A stretch of DNA of 61,636 bases, counting the filler, from Choristocarpus tenellus KU-1152 (Eukaryota > Protista > Phaeophyceae), in NCBI GenBank assembly GCA_964200185.2. It is 11 parts of 11 records of this genome, joined end to end, with 100 filler letters (N's around TTAATTAATTAA, not from the genome) between each part and the next. Parts side by side here need not be neighbours in the genome. Positions count along the whole stretch, not along the records: positions 47,424 to 61,636 come from CAXNAD020001254.1; 10 more parts are not named here. One strand, written 5' to 3'. A program made the translations under genes and the position numbers. Shown one piece after another: positions 50,540-61,636 of the stretch; within the stretch, counting starts at the first letter, position 1; every line of letters begins with the position of its first letter. The notes under the pieces were generated by a model. The model had not been told where the DNA came from and searched no databases. It worked only from the letters and a program-made list of their open reading frames with translations.

Positions 50540-51890
50540 GTACATCCACACATTAATGGAAAAATGAACTAGAAATCCATGTGGGAAATCCATATAAACG
50601 TATATTTGTCATATCCATGGAGTCACAAAATCAGATACTGAGCCAAAGTGAACTGGAGGTAACAAGGTTTGGCGGTTTTGCATTATAACCCAGTAATTTC
50701 AATCTTGTGCAATTCACCCATATTTCTATGGATGGAGTGCCAAGTTTGACTTGAGACAATCGACTTGTCTGTTGTTTGAAACGTTTGGACATAATTAAGA
50801 AAAGCTCCAATACACATTTGTAAAAAAGTAAAGTTTGTACATATTAGCCACCTTTCTTAAAATACAACTTAGAGAACCTCTTGTTTACTCTGACTAACTA
50901 TGACAAAGTCAGAATTTGTGCATAGATACAGAGTGAGTGGGTAAGAAATATTGAAGTTGAAGGGTCGGCATTACTGCCATGATTTTGAAGAAGAAACCAG
51001 AGGTGGGTTCTTTATTGGCTAAGGAATATGCGCTTGTGTAGTAGCTGCATTTTGAAGTGTTTAAGTTTATATGTTTATGTGGTTGAATGTTCAGTGAGCT
51101 GGATAAAAGGATTGTTTGGTGATTTCATCAGGTGGAGATGTTCTGTTGCTGAGCTTGCATGACAACAATCTTAAAAAATAACTACCAAACTCTTGTCACC
51201 TCTCCCACACACGCAAAGATACAGTAACTACTACAAAGTTGACAACGCGATATTTTCACCCGATCAAATTATATCTACCCCCAGCTTCAAAATGCCAAAT
51301 CAAACACTTGGCCCTGCAGCAAACCTATGAACCCCATCAATAATTTCAAAATACAGCCACCAAACAAAGGAATGTCCATTAGCTAATGTAGAACTCACCA
51401 CTGATATCTAATTCAAAACTACAATACAAAACCTTCAACTTCAATCTTCCTAACTCCCTCACTCCACACCTATTGCTCCCATAATAAAGGAGGGTTGTAA
51501 CCACCTGTTCACTATGGCTGATATTGCCCTTTTCTCTGGATTTGTGTTATTATCTGGTTTTTTGACCCCATGGAGATAGATGAAGAACGCGCATCTATGC
51601 CGGTTACTTATTTCTAGATTATATTTTCAAATATAAACCGAGTTTTCTACAGCAGTTACTACAAAAATTGCCAATTACAAACGAATTGGGTCTACTAAAT
51701 AGTTACAACAGTTCACTACACTTCTTTGAAAGATAGTGTTTCATCCCTCATGCATACAACTGACTCTGTAGACAAGAGCTTCTGTTTCTGTACAGTCGCC
51801 TTGATATTGTCTTGTCTAGTTTCATAAGGTCCTCTTTGTATGACAACATGTGAGTAGGTTCCATTTTTCGTAATCCATGTGTGTTGTAGG
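50540..51890. repeat. Old, decayed long inverted repeat (foldback element remnant)
   Basis: Nested reverse-complement blocks: ccatggagtcacaaaatcagata/tatctggttttttgaccccatgg, attgaagttgaagg/ccttcaacttcaat, gctgcattttgaa/ttcaaaatacagc. Boundaries are approximate. Confidence 0.6.
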
Positions 51891-52480
51891 ATTTTGTAGT
51901 GGGAACGTATCCTGACATAGTAGACCTACCTGGCGGAGTGTCCGAGTCACTTAACCATACAGCAGGACCTCAAGTACTTTAGCTTTGAGCTTTTGGATCT
52001 CAAACTTGACTTATGCGCGCTTGGTTCTGTCAAAAAGTACTCGATTGCGTGTACTTCCGAAAATAGCACCAGGCCTATTGTATCCGCGTACTGTCATCGC
52101 TGGTGGTACCTCGAACGCCAACAAACCTCTCAGTCTGCTAGTAGCTCTGAACCGAAGCCCGGATCTGCATTGTGCTACTTTTGGCATTTCGAAGTCACGT
52201 TTTCTGTCTTCAGTTCTACACGGTCAGCCCAAATAAATGCTACACCCACCTTCAGAATCAGTGCCATCACCCTGACCAAGTTGCCTTCAGTCTTGCACGC
52301 AATACTCGCATTGATACGTAGAGCATATCCTGTAGGCACCGTTCAGGTGTTAAGCCATTCCCTGTCCTCCCTCCTCAACCATAACATTTTTGCTCACCTC
52401 CCTTGACAAGGACAGCTCTATGAAGATAACCAGGTCAGGACTGAACTCCTTAACCGCTTGCTCTATACCTCCTGACCTCG
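51850..52480 (-). mobile_element. RTE-clade LINE reverse transcriptase remnant
   Basis: Minus-strand translation across stops: QDMLYV…LFGLTV…MQIRASVQSY*QTERF…RIQ*AWCYFRKY…KLKAKVLEVLLYG*VTRTL (compare MLYADD, FGLTVS, LKAEV.E.LLYGC.TW). Confidence 0.7.
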
Positions 52481-53154
52481 AACCAATTTGTACACTCTAT
52501 AAATTGTGAGTACGCATGCCATGCACTTATTAATACGACCCAACAATTGTCTATACTTGTGTGGAAAGCTGGGGTAAAAGTGAGATAAATTTTGATGTAC
52601 TAAGTATATAGTTTGAAGAAACTCATTTTCTACCTTTTTTGGTTCTTTTTTAGCATCTATTTAAGTCAACCCAAGGAGAACGCTATTCTTCCACTTATGT
52701 AATGATTATTGTAGACATTAAGAGGAAAAGTCCATACGCCATGAATAGGCATGGATAGGCGTATGCACGAAGGATGATTCCACGATTCCACCGAATAATA
52801 GTCTTTGATAACCCTAACAAGTAAGAACATCTTTCCCTAAATAAATAATATTATTTTAAAGAAGGAAATTGTGTATTGAACCAACACAGCGCGCGCCAAA
52901 CGCACAAATTTTTCGTTCAGGTTCAATCCCAATCTCTCTCCACAACAATCGGTAAGGAAGTGGTGAACCTCAACTAAAGATAGAGAGAGGGTCACCAGTC
53001 AAAACAAGAAGGACCTCCTTGTGGGGGTTAAAGGAAGCATTCTCCATACATTAGCTAAATCCCTCCCTGCTCGGACGGCGATATTTTGCTCCCTAGTTGA
53101 AGTTTCAATAACTTCGAATTGCTATCTCGCTCACCTCGGAACTGGCCCATCAAC

Positions 53155-54347
53155 ATGGCTGGGAGAAGGACGACTGCCTTTCTGTGGATAGTCATTGTTC
53201 TAGTCATCTTCCAGGCATCGTCCGGATCAAAAACACATGGACTTGCACGCCCGCTGAGAGGATTAGATGGTGAGGAGTCATTGTGCCACCCTGCCCCCCC
53301 CAAACTCCCTCTGACTTCGACCTTTGAATGTGGAAAACGGATGCTAACCAGTACAGTAGCATGATAAGTACCGAATATCACCCCTGCTTTGATTTCCACC
53401 AAATAAAATTGCGTACAGAAAGTAGTTGTTTTACCCTCCTTGATATTCTAGAAATTTTTCTGTTACACTCTGTTGTGAGTTTTTCGAGATCCGTGTCTAA
53501 TCAGAGAGCTGATCTCCTCCTCCCTAAACCCTTGCCACGGTAATGATCGCAGCCGACTTACAGCTCAACCGGGATGCCTTCGCCAAGCTGCTGAAACCCG
53601 TTCCTATTGCCTCGAGTGAAAATGGTAGTGGTGTGCCGGCGCCAAGCTTTGTCTCCCTTGGCATCCGCAGTGCTTGTGCTAGGTATAAGTCTTCCACAAG
53701 GATGGGAAGTGCCATTTCTGCTGCCGCTAAGCTGCGTGGCGGGTGAGAAGGGAGGAGATACCAATGTTCCACCGTTTGCACAGCTTTCTTAGTGTATGGA
53801 CAAGATCTAGCAGGATGCAGTGTGAACCACACTACTGGTGGAGATTTGTAGAATTGCAATAACTGTCCCAAGAACCACGCTTGCAACCCTTTCTTGTGCC
53901 ACTTCTGCTCACAGCATAGTCGAAGCAAGATGTGATCATGGTGGACTGAACCCTTGTGTCATCCTTAACCCTAAATCCATACCCTCTCAACCTTATTAGG
54001 CGTTGATCTCGACTGTTTGTTGCTCTCACTCCCGTCACAATTGCTGCAGGACCCACTTTGGTCCAGGACACCCTCCGATCTTCGTTTCGTGTGAGGAATC
54101 TCTGACTGTGTACGAACAGAATCTGTTGAATGCACAAATTGCTCGAAGCAGTGATCCGATAGTGTCTGCACCTCCCGTTGCCAGTCCGCACGCCCTGGAC
54201 CCCCGCCACGTCCCCAGGAACTCGCGCTTTATCCTAGACGATGCTGCAGAGGAAGAGCCTTCTCAGGAGTTTCGTGGAGGGGATCCAACCTTCCCCGGCG
54301 CCCCTCGCCCTGTCTCCTCACCCAGGAAGCGTGGCTGGGTGCCCTAA
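53155..54347 (+). CDS. Hypothetical signal-peptide protein, 5' exons
   Basis: ATG at 53155 gives MAGRRTTAFLWIVIVLVIFQASSG (signal-peptide-like). Exon ~53552/53563-53742 ends AAAKLRGG with donor GG|GTGAGA, and acceptor TTGCTGCAG|G at ~54049 continues in frame to 54347. The region is CpG-rich. The first donor and any downstream exons are uncertain. Confidence 0.5.
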
Positions 54348-57300
54348 GAGCATCACACTGCAAGGAGAGTGAATTTGATAGGGGTGTGTGTGTGAAGCTG
54401 CCCTTATCACCCTTCCAGAAAAAGGTAGGGATGATGTATGCAGAGCAGTTTGTCCAGAGTGTGTGAAATCAGCACCTTTTGTTTGCGAAACTTGGTTTGC
54501 ATAACTTGCAGGTGGGATGTGTTTGAAGATGAGCGAGAGAGTGGTGAGGGGGCGGAGTTGGTGAGCTTAAGTGCTGATCCTTTGAAGGATTGGAGAATTA
54601 GGGTGAGGGGTGTAGATTGGGTGTACATGGTGGTTTGTGGAGATTATGGAAGAGGGTAGTTGGGAATGAGTCAGGTCATGAGATGACCCATGGCTCTCGA
54701 TTAAACCATCATGTGAAAATGACATAACATCAGGAGTTTGGTAAGCCATGTATTGGGAGAAGAGTGTGGAGTTATAAGTTAACTGACCTTAAAACTATCG
54801 TATATATCTTGGCACCTAAATAGGCCTGAGCGCTGAGAAGTGGGTGCACATATGGAGTGGTTTTTGTAAAAGTGAGGAAATATTTGTGTCTTCAAAACCG
54901 ACCCCCCCCCTTGCAAGAGAGAGAAGAATGTATCTTGGGTGAGGGAGATATTTGTCAGGGGCAGAACCTATGCTTGGCCTACCCGCAGTAGTGTATTATA
55001 GTTAAGCGGGCCTGGGCATATTGCAAGAAGAGATCCCATTAACCTTAATAAGCCGCCCAATATCTGTTGACATAGTTTGCAATTGCTGTGTCGGGTGTCA
55101 TATTTTTCTTCTTTCTTTGTGTGGTGTGTTGATTTATTGATGTAAAGGGATGGTCAATATTTTGACCAAAGTAAGTGCACTTGTGTGGGGATCAGATTGT
55201 TTGGATATGGATCAGGAAGGTACTATGGTGGTCGTGGTGGTGTTGAGAGTCTAGTTTGGTAGGATTGGCAGTTGGTAGTCTGAAAGCCACTGCACTCTTA
55301 CCCTTTTCCCCAGTGAGTAATAGGAGCTCAAAGACTTTTTGGTGTTTGTGTGGTGGAGTCAGGACATCGAAGGCAGTCAGAGGTGATTCTGACATCAGCT
55401 CTGCCTGGTACTGCAGACTGTGTGTATTGTGGAGATGAAGTAGCCTGATCAACTCGTGCTTCATACCGCAGTTTCCACAAGGGCTAAACTTTTGATGTTT
55501 TCTGTGGGATAAGTGGTTGATGCCATGGGTCGTCTATTGCGCATTGAACTGTGGTCGCAGCAGTTGCAAGGACAAGTGCAGGGTTTGTCGTAAATATTAG
55601 GGTAGTGTGCTCATTATGAGCGACATTTGGTGACATCTACTGTTGCTGGCCTCAAGTTAATTGGTTGATGTTATCGTACTGATCAATGAGACATAACAAA
55701 TGAATACATGCTTCTGTTGAGTGTGCCTCAAGTCTTTAGGATTTTGCTGCAGTTTGTTCATTTTGAAAGGCAGCAGATTTTTGATCTTTCAGTTGTTACT
55801 ATTCTTTTCTTTCACTGCAGCATGTTTTTCACATTTGTAACAGTTGAATGTTTTCACAATTTTCTGGTGTCTGCCAGCTAAAACCCCTAACATTCTTGTC
55901 ATTGCTGCAACAAGTGTCTTGTTCATTTCCCCTGGTTGACCGTTCAGCACATATGTGGGTAATGATATGATGGCACCAATTGTTACTCATATTTTGTTTC
56001 AGCAACAACCAGACCATTGATTATATTATTTTGTAAGTGATGTTTTATTATCAAGGCCAATGTGGCAGTGCAAACACATGCTGAGAGATATTGTTAGATC
56101 CACGTATGTGTGTGTATGGAGTACTACACAGGGGTAGGGTGCCACTGATTGACTGAGTGATATTAAGATATTAGATATTAAGGGCGATGTGTTGCATCAT
56201 GCACAGGAAGAAAACTTGGAGAAGATGAATCGACTTTCTGGTTAGATTGAATTTTGTTGTGCTAGGAAGGTAAGGACAAAGGATCTGGAGCTTTCACCGT
56301 CACAGTGGGCGGCATAGTGGTTTCAGTGATGATCTATGTCGAGCACGACAAGATTTTTATGCATATTCTGCGTGCACTCTTGCACCCAACAAGATGGAAA
56401 TATTATCGAGATGATATTAACTTGTCCTGCTTGGTCTTTATCACTGTGGGGTCATCATGGTTTTACCTGGAAATAAGCATTACTATGTAAGTAATTCAAC
56501 AGGATTTGCTGGTCGATTGTTTGTGTGCAAGCCAGTGTGAGATACCTTCTCTAATGCGTACACAGCACCCTCACAACTTGGGACAGACTGCATTCATTTG
56601 ATTTTGGTTCATCAATCGGGACCTGTCAACCAATCCATGTCCGGAATGCCCAGCACCAAGTGTTTTGCCTATCCGTATTCCACCCCATTGATCCATCGAT
56701 AAAGCAATAAATAAGTCTTCTAGCAAGAATAAAAGCAGATAGTAGTAGATAAATGAAAACACTGACAGCAAAGAAGGAAAATTACAAGGGAAAGATGCAG
56801 CAGTCAAGCTATAGTCCAAGTTACCAACCAGTGGATCAGCGACCAGCGACAAATCTATTCCCTTGAAGAAATAGGTGTCTCACGCTGTTTTGATTTCAAT
56901 CTTCATTCAATTTTTGTGTTAGTATGTCTTTGTACCATTAATATGTGGCCTCCTCTTGAAATTTAGTTGACGGTGTTCACGGCTTACAACTTGTAAGAAA
57001 TACAGATTACAGTATTGTTGTGGTGTTGTAGTCTTCACCTCATTTTCTTCTTATTCCCTCCATAACATACTCTGGAAAATATCCGTGGGCGCAATAATAA
57101 TGAAATAATTTAATATCAATTCAGAATATGTTGTGAGTATTATAGTAGTATCCATACAATTCTATTCCAGACAGTGTCGGACTAAAGGCGCTTTTGAAGA
57201 GTTCTATCAATAGTACAATAATAAAACATTATAGTACAATTAGTACTAGACCAAATTTCTTCATACATTGAAGTTCAAATGGTTTGTGGGGTACGATCAC

Positions 57301-58466
57301 TAGGGTATAATTGCACGAGATAGTAACAGGTTTTAATTAGCTTTTGTGGGCTTCAAAAAATCCATTATGAGTTTACACTAGCACCTAACCGAAATCCAAC
57401 TTGGTCTACCTATCGTAAGGTTCCCGTTGCGAGGTCACAAGAGATGCCTCCCTAACGCCGTAGTTTCCTAATCCTCGCAAACTTTTAAACTGATGATGAT
57501 GTTGAACAAACAGGTAAGTGTTTAGTTTGGTAAAATAAAAAGAAAGTCATGGATTTTTTTTTACATGATTTTTACAAGAATGTGGAGTTTGGAGGAAGAG
57601 ATGTGTGATGTGTACACCACACACTCGCTAAGGGCGGGTCTTAAAACACCATTAAAACACGTTTTTAGCAAGTAGGGATGACTATCTGTCTTGGATGTGA
57701 AATTATAGGTGGAATAAATCACTATCATTATAGTGAATGTGACAGATTGTCACGTTCACTAAAATATTAAAAAAATGTATTGTGAAGAACCGTGAAGATG
57801 TGTACACTTCCTGGAAAAACGCTGCCTAAATAATGGAGGGATGATAAGGCCTATTGTAGATATAATGATCAATCCTCCTTAACAAGTCGTGCTTGCATAT
57901 CACATTGTATCAACTACTGCATGGAAGGTCTCTCCGTTTTGACCTGCGCTAGGATTGTGCTTGACAGATTACTGGCATTGAAATGTCCAACAGGGCCTAC
58001 TTTTCACGAGGGAACCCATTGGTGACTACGCCCCACTCCAATGCGTCCTGAGGGAGGGTATCGTTTTAGAATTGTGAACCTGTAAAGTTGAATCGGCTTC
58101 AGTACAATTAATAAGAATATCCGAATATTGAAGAAGTTAGCTTATTCAGTTTTCTTAATCACTATAAATCAGAAGCATGACTGACGTGTTAGAGGTCACA
58201 GAACCACACAACTTAATGCATTCGTCACATGGTGTCACTGCCATTACCCTAAACTCACTGCATGTTAATTCATGGCTTCAGATTTACTCCATTCAAATCA
58301 GGGAGTTGTTTGCCTCACGGTACTACACGCCACCTGGCGATCTGCACGCGTTTCAGGCACATTGCCTCGTGTGCCGACAATTCAATTAATTTAACCAAAA
58401 CTTTTATAGTCAAATAATTTAAATATAACCATTAGCTATTTCGACTTTCAACATTAGTAGACCTTT

Positions 58467-58724
58467 GAGTGAAAGTATCTTAGAGGGTATGAGTTTTTCC
58501 CTGTTTGTCCATTTGGGGCTTGGCTTCCCATGGGTTTCTTATTACATCTTCCTACTCCAACATGTTTAGGAGTAGGTAAAATGTATACATTATGAAAAGT
58601 TGTGTCCAGAAGAAGGATATTGACACTTCCTAACAAATACGATAGTCAAAATTACATCAAAATCGCAAAGTTGAATTTTGGCTCCCAAATGGACGCGACT
58701 CTACCCTCTAAGATACATTGGCTC
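58467..58724 (-). mobile_element. 258-bp MITE (family of 15725-15965), opposite orientation
   Basis: GAGTGAAAGTATCTTAGAGGGTA … TACCCTCTAAGATACATTGGCTC; the internal sequence is the reverse complement of the 44601 copy. Confidence 0.88.
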
Positions 58725-61636
58725 TTTCGTAATGTACAAAGCCATGTTCTCTGGCCATTTCTGGGGAGGAACCATGTGTACCTCTCAGTTAGTATGACTT
58801 TTTGCATCAGTACTTTCAAGATGGAAAAATGGAAGGCTTTAGTCATCATAAGTAATATATATATATATTTGTTGGTTTCGTTGTATTCTCTATCTTGGAT
58901 TCTCTCTTGTCTCCCCCACAACTAACTACAGTATATATTTACAAAATGTCAATGACTACCAAGTATTTTATGAACAATGCATGTATGTACGTATTATGTT
59001 CTCGTGTTTCTGTCATGTTCTATCCTTCTGCAACCCTGTATTATTAGAAGTATAGTTGTAGGATGCCAGATAATGTGATGCCAAGATATTGTCTGTGGTG
59101 GGGAGAAAGGGAATTGAAGGAATCGCAACAAGAAGGGCATGGAGTGGGGACTACTAAGCAAAACAGTACAACCCAATGTATGTAACGAAGAGAAATCAAG
59201 TAGGTGCAATAATAATATATTGACACCCCCAATACTTCAGTCATTCAAGATCCATCTAATAAGACGGAAAAAACACCAATAATGAAGGAAACAGAAGTGA
59301 AGGGGAAAAGAGGGACACGACAAAACAACCTGAAGTAGAAATACAACGAGAAAGTACCTTTCAGTAGGCAGTGAGTGAGTGAGTGGTGGTTGAGGTGGTG
59401 GTTTGTTTGGTTGGACTACCTTACTTATTAAATGCTGCTTTCGCAAAACGTGCATAATCTATTGTCACAACTAACAATACTTCCTCCTCAGAATGTTACC
59501 ATGCCACAAACCTCGTCTTACCACCAGCTACACAGTTATACCCTTGTGCTCCATCCCTCAAATGTGATCCCAAACTTCTCGTGATCGTTTTGCAGACACG
59601 TCCATCCATCCACCTATCCATCCACCAGTTTCCTCCTGTACAATTTGCCTTTGTTTTCAATATCCCCACAATGTCATACGTGGCCCATCCCCCATTCATG
59701 CACCTGACCTTGCGAATAGGAGTGTCCGTTTCGAACAGTCGTATCCATTCTCTCACACCTGTTCGTCACCAGTAAGTTCATTACCTTTGTTGGAGTGGGA
59801 GTTTTGTGATATCCGATACTGGAAACTTGGAAATTGGTGAAGAGGTGGAAATCGTGAAATACCGAATTGGTCTGATTATGTTTTCAATATATCGATATAC
59901 TCCTTGGTACAAATCACTACCTGAACCAAACCTTACAAGCCAGGATCGTGTTAAGATGGCATCCTTGTGGTAGGGACGTCGTTAGATGGTGCTGCATCCT
60001 CGAGGCTTGTGCAGTCTACTACTTGAACGCTTCCTCTTAGGCAACCAGTAAGACGAGAATGTATCATGAGGGATCCAGCCCACCTCCTCCCCCACCTCCA
60101 AGGCGACCCCAAGCACCCCCACCCCCTCCAACTCCACCACAAGTTCTCTTCTTCGGCGAGTTCACTCATGAAATAACTGGTAATCATCGAAATAAAGAGA
60201 GTGGAGAGGTGGATGAGGTGAGTGTGGTGGAGTTTGACGCGGGTATGATGTTTACGAGGTGTTAGTTGGTAACTGCGGTTGTGCAACAACGATGTGTTGT
60301 GGTGCTCCATGTACTGTCAATGTACGACCACCGAACGTCTATTCTTAGCGCTGCTATGAATATGGTCAATATCAAATGTGAACGTCCTACTCGCACATGT
60401 CACTCCCCATCCATTATGACTTCTGCTTTGATATTGTCTGCAGGTGAAATTTAGGGAAGCAGTCATTGTAAAGGTGTTCCAGGTAGTTCCTGCCGGTGAC
60501 TCCCCCACTGCGGTGCAGCTGCCTTCCTTCAAGAGCATAACTCAGCATCAGCCCTTCCAACTAGAGGTTTGTTCTAGTGACAGGGAGATTGCCATGTAGC
60601 ACATCTGTCGGGAGGGGTTTTGGCAAGCCAAGATAGGTTACTGATGGGCGTACATTTTGCAAGGAGATCAGTCGCGATTTGAATGGATGTGAAAAACGCC
60701 CATCGATTCAGTTGCACACTTCGGAGTTCTTATCCCGTTGAACTCAATGCAAGGACACGATGCCCAGGGTAAGACATAGATACGTCGTAGAAGCTCTGAC
60801 AGGATTGTTATCCATTACCCTACTTCATCTCGTGACAGGTGTTCTGTAAGGACCTGAACAATGTCCAAACAGCCTACTTCGACCGCCTGGTGCCCAAGAC
60901 ACAGGTGGCGGGTGGTCTATTTGTAACGATGCCGCAGGAAGTTACCACAAACCACCTCGTCATACGCGGCGGCTACCAGGTCTGACCCTGCACTTGGCCC
61001 AAAATGGATAGGGAGTGAGATTGTAGAGAGATTGCAAATACCAGAGTGGTTTTTCGTAGCTGGCGTAGCCAATATGCAGCTACCCTATGGAGAAGAGCTT
61101 GTGAGTGCTTGTGATTGCTCCTCTGCTAATCCAAAAACCTATTGCTAAACATTGCATCTTGCGGAGGCGAGATCAACAACGCTATATTGACGTGTGGCAA
61201 ACCACTTTGATTTGGGAGATTGCAGAACAAACTACTATCATACAAACCTCTTAGTAATCTTCAACTGCCTAAACTAAGTTTCTTTATTTGCTACCACCCT
61301 TTCCCTTCGCCCATAAGATGTATCCATCAGATGAAACCCCATCTGTCCTCCTGGTCGTATCACTGTTGAATTAATGTCTTGCAGGCCATGTCGGTTGTCA
61401 TTAGCGGTACAGTCGTACCCCGGGCCTCCCTCTCATCTGCAGCTCTCCAGGTCATGATTGCGGCAGAGAAGGCCACAGTCACACCTGCACCAGGTCCAAA
61501 ACCTGTCTCAGCACCATCTTCTGCCCCTGTTCCTATGCCTGTGGCCCCTCCCACGATCATCCCCCCACCCCCCCCCCCTCCCCAAAAGGCTACCCCCCCT
61601 TCCCCCCCCCCTGCCGCCCTAGTCCCCCCCGATCCG

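Overview
This window is not one locus. It is 11 eukaryotic contigs joined by artificial 100-bp linkers (44 N + TTAATTAATTAA + 44 N): 1-9762, 9863-12953, 13054-17474, 17575-21087, 21188-27578, 27679-31560, 31661-34935, 35036-39660, 39761-44126, 44227-47323 and 47424-61636. Adjacency across linkers has no biological meaning. The DNA is intron-rich and transposon-rich, with TTAGGG-type repeats; a stramenopile, probably a brown alga or relative, is my inference. Spliced genes rebuilt by hand with GT-AG introns and consistent phases are 40S ribosomal protein eS4 (RPS4, 7 exons, 5'-truncated), a CLU-family protein (5 internal exons), an ankyrin-repeat protein, an EF-hand-like acidic protein, and a signal-peptide protein with an LRGG motif. 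Two orphan long ORFs are also present. Much of the remainder is decayed mobile DNA: DIRS/Ngaro RT-RNase H, an IS630-Tc1-mariner transposase, a PIF/Harbinger-type transposase, CRE-like RLE and RTE LINE fragments, Ty1/copia fragments and two long-TIR foldback elements. The most notable observations are (1) a multi-subfamily MITE group with G(A/G)(G/C)TCAAAGTATCT termini and a 4-bp TSD (Sola-like), one copy of which cleanly interrupts the DIRS element; (2) an inverted triplication that creates a ~120-bp-arm hairpin from TE-like coding sequence; (3) CpG-transition decay of TEs alongside CpG-rich gene 5' ends, suggesting CG methylation; and (4) a 37-bp tandem repeat that multiplies a branch-point motif in a CLU intron. 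I found no CRISPR, RNA-guided nuclease or other prokaryotic-type system, and I cannot claim a new biological system from sequence alone.
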